A stretch of 59,921 nt of DNA, filler included, from Gonapodya sp. JEL0774 (taxonomy: Eukaryota): the NCBI GenBank assembly GCA_027604505.1. It is 2 parts of 2 records of this genome, joined end to end, with 100 filler letters (N's around TTAATTAATTAA, not from the genome) between each part and the next. Parts side by side here need not be neighbours in the genome. Positions count along the whole stretch, not along the records: positions 1 to 29,965 come from JADIIX010000206.1; 1 more part is not named here. One strand, 5' to 3'. The translations under genes and the position numbers were made by a program. Below are positions 9,766 through 23,332 of the stretch, one piece after another (position 1 is the stretch's first letter; the number at the start of each line of letters is the position of its first letter). The notes beneath the pieces are model-generated. The model had not been told where the DNA came from, made no database searches, and saw nothing but the letters and a program-made list of their open reading frames with translations.

Positions 9766-12700
9766 ATGCCTATTGCTGTCTGTGTCCCGCCCTTCCTTCC
9801 ACCGCAATCTGCCTCTGTGCTCGCACCCTCAACACGAGTCCCACTGACCTCCAACGCAAGTGGATCGTCTGCGTCCCCCTCGAACAACATCTCACAATCA
9901 AGCTCCAGGACCAAATCCGACTTTTCGAACTACCGCGCTCGCTACTACCCCCCGGGCTACGATCCTGTCAAATCGAAACGAGCCAAAAAACGACCGTTCG
10001 GCCTCTTTGATGTTCCCACATTCTACCCCACCAAAGAAGAGTTTGAAAATCCTCTTGAATACGTGGCCAAGATTCGGGAAATTGGCCAGCGATTCGGAGC
10101 TGTCAAAGTCGTGCCGCCTCGGAGTTGGAAACCCGAGTTTTCGCTTCCAGTAGATGTGGGTATCGAATTTGCTGATTGTCATATAAGAGCGAAGCTCATT
10201 ATTGCATTGTTTTTGCCTCCCCTGCGCCCGTCTTCTAACCTCGGAATTTGTTCGGTCCTGTCTTCTGCCTGCGGACTCCAAATCTCCACACAGAAATTCA
10301 GGTTTGCCACTCGTCTGCAACGCCTGAATCATATGAATGGCCGCACACGCGCCGCCGTCTCCTACCTTGACGCCCTCGGCACCTTCCACTCCCAGACCGG
10401 TCGTCAGCTTTCAAAATTACCCAACATCAACGGCCGTACAGTGGATATGTGGCGTCTCAAATTGGCAGTTGAGGCTGCTGGAGGATACGATAATGTTTGT
10501 GACAGTAAGGAGTGGCCGGCGATGGCTAGAGCGATAAACTTGGGGGAGTTCCCGCTATCGGCGACTCAGAACATCGCGTACGCTGTAAAGAAGGCATACG
10601 AAGCGTGGATTTTGCCGTACGAGGCTAGCTTGGGAAGGGGCAGGACTTTGGATGAGAATGGGAGGCCGACCGTGGTGAGGCAAATGAGCCAAACTGATGC
10701 CAACTCTCCCAACGGGCGAAAGACTAAGACGTCCCTCCGAGCTCTATCTCACTCCGATGATGAAGATGAAGACGATGATGAGAACCTTGGATCCGATACT
10801 GAAACGGTTAAAAGGTCTGCAAGAACGAATAGTGGATCATCAGTGGAGCCTTCTCGAACTGGATCTACAAAGAGCAGAAGCAGTGCGGGTGAGGAAACAG
10901 GAGAAACTAAGAGGAAAAGAGCCGACGATGAGGACATCAATATAGGGGATTCTGAAGTGGACTCGGAAGCTAAACGAAGGAAGTTGAATGCCCCAGGAAA
11001 GGTCCCTGCCACGCCAGCTGCGAAACCTATGAGCGCAGAAGATCTGAAGGTTTGTTGTGATGCATTTTCGTTGCTTGTTGTGATTTCTTCTTCAAAGACG
11101 AAGCTTGTGCAGGGCCTCTGTCAGGTCTGCTTGCGACAAACTCTCACTCCAAATCCACCCTCCATCAAATGTGACGGGTGCGAACTGCCTTACCACCTCA
11201 ATTGCTTATTGATTCGCCCACGCCGGGATATTGAGGAATGGTGGTGTCCCAAGTGCTTGGACCTCTCTGGTGAGGACTTCGGGTTTGACGAAGGCGGCAC
11301 ATACACCCTCTCTGAGTTCAAGGACAAGTGCGAAAAGTGGAAGCGGGCTTATTTTGGTCTTAAAGAACCACAGCGTGCGTGGGAGGGGGGTGTATGGACG
11401 GAAGCGCCCGTTGAAGGTGCAAAGGGGAGGGGTGGTGTCACTGAAGAGGATGTTGAAACGGAGTTTTGGAATCTTGTTGAGGATCCATACAATGGCGTAG
11501 AAGTCGAGTACGGGGCGGATCTACACACAAGCGTCTATGGAAGGTGAGGTACTATTGCTGTGTGCTTACCTCTTGGATTGTCCCGTTCATCGAAATCCTA
11601 TTCAGTGGTTTTGCCAAATGCAACCCCCCACATCCCTTCCACCTAACCAACCTCCCTTTTCAGCACCCTTCGCTCTTCCCTCATCTAAGTCGTAATATTC
11701 CTGGTATGATGGTACCCTGGATATATGTGGGCTCCGCCTTTTCAACATTTTGCTGGCATGTTGAGGATCACTGGAGCTATGCCATCAATTACAATTGGAT
11801 CGGGGAAACAAAGACATGGTACGTCATTCCGGAGAGAGGTGCAGAGAAGTTTGAGGAGGTCATGCGAGCGACGGTACCGGAGTTGTTCGGTGAGTGTTGG
11901 TGCATGAAACAGACCTGAAGTCCTGGCTATTTACCCGTCTTAAACAATCAGAGAAAACACCGGACCTTTTGTTCCACATAACAACTATGCTCTCTCCTGG
12001 TCTGCTACAGGAGAAGGGCGTTCCTGTGTTCGCTGCCGACCAGCGACCCGGAGAGTTCATCATCACTTGGCCTAGGGCTTATCATTCCGGCTTTAACCAT
12101 GGCTTCAACATTGCCGAAGCTGTAAATTTTGCAACTCCAGATTGGCTTGAGATGGGTAACAAGTGTGTGGAAAGATACAGGGAATGCAAACGAGCGCCTG
12201 TCTACAGTCACGACGAAATGGTCATACGGATTGCTCGGGGACTCAAAGGTGTGGGAAAAGATGGCAAGACCATGGACGTCCAGGAGGAGGCACCGATCGA
12301 TGCGAAGACAATTGAGTGGTAAGCTCGTGCGGGGTTTTGTATATTATGATTCCCTGCTTGACCGTTCTGCTCTCAGGTTGCTGCCAGCTCTCACGGCCCT
12401 ATACCATCGGGAAACCTCGGCGCGGGCAGTGCTCCGTCGACTCTATCTAAACCTCACAGTCACTTCTCTTGATGTTGCTGTCTCGAGTGCAGAGCCAGGA
12501 AGTCGGAATCGAAATGTCTCGGCCATGTCTAATATGTCCGGCGACGTGGTTGTCCTAGTACCTGGAGGCGAGACAGCGTTCCGGCCAGATGCTGACGAAA
12601 TTGAATGTGGAGAATGCAAGTCGTACTGCTTCCTCAGTGCAGTGCGCTGCGGCAACGACAATTGTGATAGGAAATATGATGAACGCGACGCTGATGAGGA

Positions 12701-13084
12701 GCCAGAAGGTAAAATGGGCAAAATGGGACCGATGGCTAAAACCGGCTCAACCAAAAAGAAGGGGATGAAGGCGGTTGCCGGAGGGGCTGCAAGGATTGAG
12801 ATATATCGGGATGAAGACCTGAGTGGTCCCTCAACTGGGGAGCCCGAATTCAAGCAGGATGTGCGATACGGTTACGATTATTCAAAAACGAAGAGAAGCC
12901 TCCGCTACGTTTGTGTTGGGTGTGTCAGCAAGGTGGGTCGAATCATTTGAATTGCGGCGTCCCTTCTCAAACCTGGTGCTGTGGTTAGCTCTGTCCGTGC
13001 TCGCCCAGTAACCCCGTATTGTGTATTCGCTTCACCGATGAAGAACTGAAGGCGCTTCTTGACACATATAGAAGGCCTGAATAA
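9766..13084 (+). CDS. JARID1/KDM5-family H3K4 demethylase (JmjN, ARID, PHD, JmjC, C5HC2 zinc finger)
   Basis: JmjN VPTFYPTKEEFENP; ARID LPNINGRTVDMWRLK; PHD CQVC..CDGCELPYHLNCL..WWCPKC; VEYGADLH; JmjC FCWHVEDHWSYAINY and PRAYHSGFNHGFN; CGECKSYCFLS. The last exon after acceptor 12988 ends TAA 13084. Confidence 0.92.
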
Positions 13085-13928
13085 GTCAACTTTCACATGA
13101 AGTATATGACGATTTTTGCGAAAAAGCTCGCACATTTACATACTTGTAATATTGTAAATAAAGCCATAACTTCTGCCATGCGAGGGTGGAACATGAACCA
13201 CTTATAAAGAGACTTCTACATTTACGTAGAAGTCATTGCCGTGGCTTGCAGCCCGATAGCAACTTTGAGACGATATGCTGTTCCTGGAAAGCGGTAATTA
13301 TAATCCGCGCTACTGCGCTGTTCAACCAGTAAGTGGATCAGCGTGCATTGTCTCTGATTAGGGTCATGCGAACTCTTTTGAGCTGGACCTGGCACTCCGC
13401 TACGCAAATCATCTTTCCCCTGTTTCACCATCCTGTTCTGATTCGAGGCATTCGGCATAAAATCTGGCAATTTTTAGGCACAAATTCGTGCTCATATTTC
13501 ATTCTACTGTCGTGCGATGACGATTTCGGTCCACCGCCCGTTGGATCTGATGTCGGGAGAACACGTCAACGTGAGTGTTTGGAGCCTGATGCGCCAAAGG
13601 ACTGAATAAGGACTCCCACGGACGTTGATTTTGGTGTGGCGGCTGCCCAGGATGGATGTCTTCATTGGATGGCCTCCGTGAGGTGCACGTCCAGTTTCAC
13701 GGATCTCCACCAGCAGATGAGATCATCAATTTTTCATCGAATATTGTTACCGGTTTGTCCTCCACAAAACCTCTCACTATTCTTGTTCTATTCTTGTTTT
13801 TGCCGGCTTTTCAATAGCGCTGGTCCCTCGCGACCGCCTCCCCCGACGCATGGAGACTTCTCTCACATTCGAATTCCATTACGCCACCCCAATCACCAGC
13901 AGATGGTTTACGCGTCACACTGCGAGCC

Positions 13929-15817
13929 ATGCGCCCTTCTCCTTCGCCTCGTGTTCGGGTCACGGCGGCGCAATTGCCGAGCTCAGTGACAAAAAGGCGG
14001 ATAACCGATGTAGAGCCGGAGGATAGCGGACTCATTACAGGAGTGTCCAATTCGGGGTTTGAAAGCGGAGATATTGCGCATGCCCACTCCTCCGCCACCA
14101 CTCGTCGTGCGCCCGTAGAGGCTCGTCTCAAATCAGTTGGGGATCCAACAGATACCATCAATCAGCTTCTCCTCAAAATCAACGATATGAGTCTCAGCAA
14201 ACTTGCTACCAACTTTGATGATGATCGTCAATCGAATCAGATATCTGATGCCCAGATATCTGCTGTCCAACGCCTCCCACCGCTGAGCACATCTCTCCGT
14301 TCAAAACATGTCTCGGCTGCGTCTGCTGCTCGCCGCTTGGTCAGGAACCGTGTCTCGCATGACACCAAAGGAGATACGCGTGGTGATGGACCCGCATGCT
14401 CAGTCCGGGCTGTAATGAGGAACATATCCAACACTCAACGGTCCGATGACCGGAAGGCAGTAGACCTTGCAAGGAGATCATCAATCGTGGGGGCAAATAG
14501 AACCGCAATCCCCGTATGCGCGAGATCTGGACCTGACGATGAAAGTCGGATTCCCGGAAGTGCAACCGCCAGCCATTCATTATGTGAACGTATCCGGTTT
14601 TCAGATATCCCAAGACCCCACCATTCATCACCTAAGCCTTCGCCGGCAAAGCGACCACGTCTTGATATCCGACGTGTCGACACAATGGATGTCACCTACT
14701 CCGCCCCCCATTTACCACCACTGCATCCGCTGACGGTTCCTCGATCTGTATTACCTTCGCCACAGCGAAGTGCCAGCTACCTTTTGACGCCTCCGCAAAG
14801 TGCTGACGCCGAACGGCCAGGAGTATGTATGCCGTTCAGCTGGGGTGTTCCATCGCTCAAAGAGCTGGATGCCGAGGAGGAGGGAGATCCTTGTAAAGTC
14901 CACGAATATGCAGAAGACATTGTCTCGTACCTGCGAATGATGGATGTAAGTTCTGGGAAGGGTTCCAATTCGAAGCTGAGCTGACAACTATTCTGGTCTA
15001 GGACTTTGCCCAACCCAATCCATCTTACATGCGCCGCCAACCACATATCAACTTCGCCATGCGCTCTGTGCTGGTTGACTGGCTCTCCGAAGTATGCACA
15101 CAGGGTGGAATGGTGCCGGAAACTCTTCTCCTCGCTGTGAGCCTGCTGGACAGGTTCCTTTCAGAGACGAGGTGCACCGTTACTGCAGACAGATTCCAGC
15201 TTTTGGGAGTAGCATGCCTGTTGATAGCTGGGAAATACGAGGAAGTCAATCCCCCCAAGATGGCTTTTCTTCTCAATGTTTGCCATAACGTGTACACGCG
15301 CGCGCAACTCAAGGACGCAGAGGTGTTCATACTCACCACACTTTACTTTGATGTTTCGTCTTTCGCCTCTCCTCTCAATTTCCTCCGGCGTATATCACGT
15401 GCTGAGGGATATGACCCGGTAACTAGGACAGTTGGGAAATATTTAGTGGAACTTTGTGCGGCGGATGGAGACTGTGTTGGTGAAAAGAGCAGTGTCGTTG
15501 CAGCAGCTTGTGCCTGGACTGCAAGGATAATGATGGACAGAATTGAGTGGGTGAGTTGCACAAGGAACTTGAATTTGTCCGATAATTCAGACTCTAATTA
15601 TCACTGATCCAACCAGACTGAGGCACTTGTAAACCATTCGGGCTTTAGCCCTGAGAACAGAGATCTCCTTCGTGTTGCGGGTATTCTCAGAAGACATTTA
15701 GAACTCGGAGTCAAAGCACCTTCAATTCGTCATAAATATTCATCTCCAGAATATCTAGCAGTGTCCGTGAAAGTTGACGCTTGGGTGAGGCGTTCTGACG
15801 GAAGATGGCGATCTTGA
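13929..15817 (+). CDS. Mitotic (B-type-like) cyclin
   Basis: EYAEDIVSYLR; cyclin box MRSVLVDWLSEV..ETLLLAVSLLDRFLS..FQLLGVACLLIAGKYEEV; SPLNFLRRISRAEGYD; D-box-like RAVMRNISN in the disordered N-terminus. Two introns. Confidence 0.9.
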
Positions 15818-15957
15818 AAGAATGGATTGTGGACTATGATTTGAGGACATCGTACAATTGTCGTTCTAGATTTTTGTTTTTGTTTCAGTTTATAGTGTAT
15901 TTATATTGCTGACTTTTCATGCTTGAAGCAAAATGGATCTATGTTTTGAAAGCATTT

Positions 15958-18900
15958 TCAAATGAATTGGAAGTCCCAAGACGTCAGATACTTCTTTGAT
16001 CGGACATGATCCAGATCGTATATCGGCAGTCCGTAAGCAAATTGCATGAAAAGATAAAATCCGATGAGCAAAATGAAGATGTAGAGTCCAACAACAATCC
16101 ACGAGAGACTCGTGTTATGCCAGTTGTCTCCATCGGGGGCGGTGCCCCCATAAAGCTTGGCACGCTCTCGAAAGCGCACTCTTTCCATCATCAGGCTATC
16201 TTCCCACTCCCTGCGCATCTCCTCTGGGCTAGGTTTCCGGCCTTCTTCGCCATAAATCCTGCTGGGACCTCGGCCAATGACTTGCAAGCAGAACTCCACC
16301 ATTCCACCAGTCACAACATAGCCAAAAACTAAAGCTGGCAAATAGTGGTGAAGGAAGAGGGCTCTTCCTTGGAGGAAAAATGGGAGATAATGGAAAGCCC
16401 ATCCCAAAAATGCGAATCCAACGGCTCTGTCCACCCAGCGACGGTTCACACCGCCCACCTCGTCTACTCCCCGTCGCAATAAAATCCTATCCAGAATCCA
16501 AATGAGTCCAAAGAGCGCAATTCCTAGAACATGCGACCACCAAGCAAACGGATTGCCCAGTAGGTAGATTTGACGCCATGCAGGGGGTCCTTTGGTTTCC
16601 CAGAACGATATTCCTCGGTGCAAGAAAAACCACGAGATCGGTTTCGATTGATACGGATGAGATTTCGTGAGGAGAGCATTGTGCTGAATCATCAGTGATT
16701 GTAACTCGAAGAACTTGGCAAGAAAGCTCATTTTCGGAACAGCTTCAGCATCGTCCGTGGAAGAGCTATCGAGTTTCTTTGCTTCACTTCCAGCTTTTTT
16801 GGACTTCGCGGGTACATCGATTTCGGGCTGCGGCGGTTGGGGATCTGGTCGATGTAATTCTTGAGTTGACACAGTACGGTGTGTGAACAAAGATAGTGGT
16901 GGTGACTCACGTAATTCAACTACCTCAGATACGGACCAGATGTTGCCACTCCCGTCTCGAACATCCTTGTTGCCATTGACTTCAATCAATCCCCCACCCC
17001 AAGAAAGTGGCAACAGCTGCCCTTGTGTGCTGAGCGCGACGTTGTGTTGGGTGTTGACAAGTCTGAATCTGCTCCCCAACAGCAAAGGTTTCCTGGTTGG
17101 CAACCGGTAAGGAGGTGGTCTCTTGCCGACATCGGCATACGTGTCTGGAAATACTTCCAATCGCCAAACGCTCTCTTTGTAGCGTTTTGTGTCACCTTTT
17201 GGTGATGTAGATATCTCCATATTGGTGTTAGTATTGGGCGATGCCACATCGTGCGTGAAAAGTTCAGAATTAGTGTCTTGGTGAATGAGGCGCAATAAAT
17301 CTCCATCTCGAAGATAGCGCGTAGCCCCCACATCCGTTTTGTGGATGGGTTGTGCGTGCAAAAATGGTGCTCCGACAGGTTCGACAAGCCAGAGCGTGTT
17401 GTTTCGCGGATCGCTCTTTGCCAGCGCAACACGCTGCCCATTCGAACTGACTCGCTGGTCCTCGTAACTCAACGGATATCGCTCAAAGTCTGAGTGCAAC
17501 CAGTAGCTATTTAATGCGCTTTGGATTCGAACCGAAGAATAATGTGGGATGGCTGTATTACGTGAAAGGACATAAAAACTTTGCAGCAACAACAACGCTG
17601 GTAACAAGCGCGCTCACCTTTATCTCTCCAGGTCACGCTCTCTTCAACCACCTCCACACTAGATGCCTCGCCGTCTTCAGAGTCGGGCCACACATCCTCA
17701 AAAAACCATTGGTTCCCCCGCTCTTTGATGTTCTTGTTTCCGTTCACCTCTTGTTGTCCATAAGCCCAAGAGGGGAGCGCTTGCGAATGGGAATAAACTG
17801 CAACCTAACAGGCAAGATTTGAAAACTAGAAGCGGAGGAACGCGTTCTCAACTACCATTGTGCTCACTTTGTGGACTACGCTGACAAACTTGACATAGTT
17901 GGTAATAGTCCTGATCTTCACCCCTTCTTCAGAGCTGTCAGTCTCAATTCTCCACAAAGTCTCATCGTACCTCTTGGGGTCATCGAGGAATGGAATAGTA
18001 GTCATTTCCATGTTAGTGGACATAGTCGGACTCGCGACATCGTGTGTGAGAAGCCGCGACATGGTGTTGTAGTGTAGAAGGCGTACGATGTCACCGTTTC
18101 GAACGAAGCGGACTCCTTCTTTAACATCGTCCGGGTGTGGTTGCGTTCCGTTCTGATAGAGCTCGAGATCGACTGGCTCAATTCGCCATATGTTGTTCTC
18201 ATCGCGGTGCGGATAGCCTGTCACCTGTTGCCCCTGTGAGGACACACGGTTATCTTCATATCGTAAGGGATAAGGATCCGGGTGGGAGTGAAGGAAAGCA
18301 GAAGTGTCTCGGTGCCTGAGAGTGATGTTGGAACCATAAGGAATGGCTACCGCAAAAATGAGCCCCTGCTAAAGGACCGATCGAGTCAAATCTTCGTGGC
18401 TCACTCACTGAGGGACTTTCCACTCATTCCGCTACCTTGTAGCTCCGACTGAAACATATGACTCATAAAAGCATCACCAGGTCCCGAACGAGTGAGGACT
18501 GCGAAATGGATCCAGAACCATAACAAATACATCGTGACGGGTACAACAATGAGGCACAAAACCCGAGCAAGGAAGTGCCCTAAAAACGTCGCCTTGTGCA
18601 GAGAAAAGAACTGCGTTCAAAGTGGAGCCACAGCATCACGACAGATCTACAAACCGTGGAGAGACCACGACGCCAGTCCAAAAGCCTCCACAAATCCATC
18701 ACGGTTGCAATTCCAATAAGAGCGACCACAAGGAATCCGACCATTTTCACACTGTACCAAACAATGAGCATTGGAGACGTGGGAAAATTGATCTCACCCA
18801 TGAACGCACCCCATCGCACATCCCAAACTCAATCCAGTGGCCAACATCCACAACCACCATTTCATGCTGAACGGGTCGTTACGCTCAATAAAAAACCTGA

Positions 18901-19856
18901 CCCACGAGTAAGCGCTCGACGTGATGAAGAAGATAAGGGCAGAGTCCAGAAGAATGAGACGGGTTTGCGTGATAAGAGAGGTCTCTGGAGTCCCCATTCA
19001 ATATGTTGTATCGTTTCTCAACAAATTGCAATGCCTCACCTAGTAAAATCATCACCCCTACTAGGACAGAGGTCGCAAAACTATAACCAAGACATCGGGC
19101 CAAATCGAAGCATAGAGGAACATGCAAGGCACCCAAGAGCGCGGGCAGTGTCCGCATGGCAACCCAAGGGACATTGTTGGTGACGTAATCATCGCCTTAG
19201 CGGGTTTAAACATTCAAGTAATCAAGAATTGTCTGTCTGCTTGCGGGGCTCTTTTGCGTCTGCTTACCGATATTCTCGAAATCAAAATGGCCATCGTATC
19301 CTACCAGCCATCCAACAAAGGCGAACAGCAGTTTTCCAAACGGCGGATGAACGTCGAAGAAATAAGTTCGCCGGAGGTACTGAGATGCGAATTTCCCGAA
19401 GTGCACTTCGTCGAAGCTGTGAGCAACCATTCAGAAACACCAAGACCATTGCCCGGGATTCGCAAAGAGTACTCACACCACTTGAGCGGGCTCTGATATC
19501 TGCCAAAACCTCGTGATAAATGCTAGCACCGTAAAAACTCCCATGGCGGCGTTCCATTTGTTGCGAACGGCGATGTCCAGCCTTGTAAGGCAAGTGTGTG
19601 AATGCGGGCGCCGCGACAACGGGACAAGAGGAACAATAGGTACTGACCAGCTAGAGGGCCCTTCTGGGAGTGATCCATGGATCTTTGGCAGGTCGAGCTG
19701 GTATTTGGAGCTGATTGGGACACGATCTCATGTGACCTTCTAGAGTGTCGAACCAACCTTTTGGGAATCAACGTCCAAGACTGCGCGATCCTGATGCCGC
19801 TTCCGGGGGCCTTGATTCCCCTTGATAGCAATCCCGGACGATGCCCTATCGTCCAT
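15958..19856 (-). CDS. PMT4: Dolichyl-phosphate-mannose:protein O-mannosyltransferase, PMT4-like, with two MIR domains
   Basis: [95 protein letters not shown]. Putative start MDDRASSG at 19856. Confidence 0.9.
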
Positions 19857-20000
19857 ATGACGTTGTGAACGAAATGAATTGGTCCCAGGCTGTGGAAGCT
19901 TCACTTCAACTTGTCTCTAATATAATGACAACACAGCGTTCATATTTCCAAAAAAAAAAAGTAGTATAATTACGGAAACTTCAGGCTTACATGCACTATT

Positions 20001-21050
20001 TTACTTTCGTAGTCTCGCCATTCCACAGATTAACGGTCGCCCCTTCTCCCCCGCCCAAATTCTGAGCCGCTCAAACCTATCGAACTCAATTTCTGCAACT
20101 GGCTGGCTCTCTTCCCGCGCAACATTTATCCCGATCAATCCATCGTCTCCTCGCCCCGCACCAACGAAGCTCACATCCGACCACGCCTTGCCTGCTGCTG
20201 CCACAAGTTCCTGCACGTCCACTCCGAATGTGCCACCAACAATTGCTGGAGCGCAACCGTTCTGGCGAGATTGGAAAATGACATAGCCCAAAAAGAAGAG
20301 AACGTCTGCCTGCGTTGTGAGGGTTTTCATGGGATTCGAGAAAGAAGCCACAACCAGCCGTGAGCCGCCCGCCCGGACTATCCGAAGACGAAAGTAGTCC
20401 TTTATGTTTTCTATGCATCGACTCCAAGATTTGTGAAACTCTCCGTCCACAATCGCAAGTGCCTCCTATCAACGATTCGATACCAATCCCAGCCCATTCG
20501 ACGGGGGAGGAGGAGATTCGGGCTTAGAAAACATCAGGTAAGAGTGCATATGGCACTAGACAACTAACCTTGGCCTGATTTCTTTGCTGGCCGATAGGCT
20601 CTTTGATAGACAGAGGTTGGTCATCAACAGGGAGGATGGAGTGGTCTACGAGAGTAAGTGGCTGCGTTTTCGAGATGTAGTTATCTGGCGATTGAAAGGA
20701 TTGGGGTAGAATAGAGTGAAGCCATGTCTGTTTTGTGGACATTGGGTGAGACTGAACGAGAGAGTTCGTAATCGACCCGTTTGCTTCTGGGTACTCACCA
20801 CAGAGGGTCCCTTGCCTCCAGGTTCAACAATTAGCGCAATTCCTAGATTGTCCGCAATATTTTCTTTCGCCATTAGTTGCGAAATCGCTTCCCTGCGTTG
20901 GCCCATCCCTGTTGCTCCTGCAACCCCGCTTAAAACGTTCAGCGTCACACACTTGATCTAGCCGTATACAGGAAGGCAAGATTAGAGAATCCGAGAGACT
21001 TTCGGCGCATGAGATGCCGATTACAGAGCTAGAACCCACCAAAATGGCGT
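20001..21050 (-). CDS. Hypothetical multi-exon protein
   Basis: Collinear minus-strand ORF segments (20001-20450, 20524-20742, 20646-20948) with plausible splice signals and globular-looking composition. No family recognised; 5' boundary unknown. Confidence 0.5.
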
Positions 21051-21936
21051 CCTGCTGGTTCCATCCGAGTTCAGTTTGAAACCGTGGGGCGAGGACATGA
21101 GCATGAGAAGAAACTGAAAATCAGGCATAAACACGGATCTCCGCACCTCAGGGGCATCACTCGGAGTCTCCGCTGAGAGCATCTGATATTTTTTGATTAC
21201 AGATGTCGCTGTTGATATTCAGGTTGTTGACGCCACAAGACCAGCACCAGGACCAGCAGCTTCGAACAAACCGAGGTAGTTGAGCTTCTTTTGTAAAGAT
21301 TAAGGCAATCCAATAGTGTTAACTATTTCTTATGCGTATCTCTGTTGAAGTCCCGATTTTTGAAGAAAGGAAGCTATACTATTACGTACGTTTACGGAAT
21401 CCCCTTACTTGAAAGACTTTGCTTGTGCCATGTACCATACTAATAGGTTGCTGAATACAACTGACGGCGTTTTTATTTGCTAGTGCGGGGCGTGCAGTGG
21501 TGGTTTCCCACCAGCCGACCAACCCACTTACATTCGCAAGTGAGCGCCCCTTCGAAGCCGTAGGCTTTTCGGAACCTCCGGCACACCTTCCAGTACACGC
21601 AGGCCCATGACCTCTCAAGAGGCCCCTCGTTCCACCATTCCCCGGGCGGAAGGTTTTGTGGTGCAGTTTGGCTCGTTCGGCAAAGACGAGGATATCAGCC
21701 CGGTTTCTCACCAAGACCAGCGCAGTACGAGACTAGAGCGTCCTCGTGTTCTGACACCGCAGCCTGTCAAGGAATTGCCGAATGCCGCTGAATCTGGGGA
21801 CGTCTCGCTGTTGGTGACACGGACAAGCTCTATTGGAACTCGCGAAGAGACCAAGGTGAGTTTGTGACACGGATGTGGAAGGGATATTATATGAAGAATC
21901 ATATGAATGGCTGGGATAGCTCAATGTTCATTGACC

Positions 21937-23332
21937 ATGGACAACGAGGCGGGCAAAAAGCTCATTCATCGTCATCACCTCCACCACCTTTTACTGCTCA
22001 ATCACCCTTTCAACGAACCACAGGCCTTTTCCCCGACACCATCCTCCAACTCGACATCTTCGTACAACGGCCGTGGCTACTCCACCCTTTGCGTTTACTT
22101 CACCCGCGGCTTTTGCAGGAACGGGGACGGGTGCCGGTTCACGCACGATCCGAACGCGGCCGCTGCCTATCAGATCAACCCAGCGTCGTTCGAGAACCGC
22201 CCTCGGTTTCGTGGAGGGTCCCGTCCGAGACCTCACTCCATGGGATCACCAGCACGCCCATTCACAACATATCCCCCGGGCACCGCGATGGTTCACACCG
22301 GCGCGCAGTACAACGGAAACCCGATTATGCAATTGGTACCCATACAGTATTTACCTTACTCACAGCCTGCTGGGCAACCTGGTCAGCCGATGCCACCCAA
22401 CGCGATCTACCACCCGTACTCATACCCCATCCAAAACGGCAACGGTCAGCTCATGACGCCGGCGCAAAACCCGGGCCAACAAGGTCTTCCGCATCAGCTT
22501 CTTCCGCAAATGCAACCGCTTTACCCGCAGCAAGGGTTGCTCCAGCCGTACCCACAGTCCATGTACACAGTCCCAACGCATCCGATCCCCATGCGCATGT
22601 CTCCATCACCCAAGTATGCCATCCTGGGTCCCTCCCCGCCACCAAGTTCTGCCCCCAACTCGCCTCCCGCCACGTTCCAGCCTCTACCTCCTTCTTACGC
22701 CCTCATGCCCCGGCCCGAAGCAGTGGTTGGGCACGGCACCCAGCAGATACCCGTCATGGTCAACTTCATGCCGCCTGGTCAGGGCGTGATGAGACTCCCG
22801 GGTGGTGTCCCCGTGGGCGCGGGCGCGGTCGGACCTGTGGCGGTCGGACCGCACGTGCCCGTACCGAGTGCGGTGGCTCAGGTGGTGATGGCGCCACATG
22901 CGTTACCTCACGTGAACGGGGTGTCGCACGGCCATCATGTAAATGGTGGTGGACAGAACGGAGTGGCAACTGGTGCGACGAGTCCCAAGGTGGGAATGAA
23001 CTTTACCTGGTTGGGAATCGAAACGGGTCAAGTGCATCCTTCACACTAATTTTGCATTTATTCTTCTTTTTTTTTTTTGCTCACTGTAGCCGGTCACCAC
23101 CTCTCCAGACCCCGTCCACCCCTCCGAACCCTCGCACGACCCCCCTCGCGCACACCCCTCGCCCGCCCCCTCACCGCTCCTTCAGAACCCCGCCCCCGCC
23201 CCCGCCGCCGTGCGGTTCTCGTTCGACGATGCGGTCGGTCCATTCCCGTCCCAGTCCCGGTGCCGATACTATGCGGAGAACGGTGGATGTTGGTACGGTG
23301 ACGCGTGCCGGTTTGAGCACAGTAAGGAGTGA
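21937..23332 (+). CDS. CCCH zinc-finger protein with two fingers separated by a Pro/Gln/Tyr-rich low-complexity region
   Basis: CVYFTRGFCRNGDGCRFTH near the N-terminus. After intron 22990-23089 the frame gives CRYYAENGGCWYGDACRFEH and stops at TGA 23332. ATG 21937 is in accATGg context. Confidence 0.8.
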
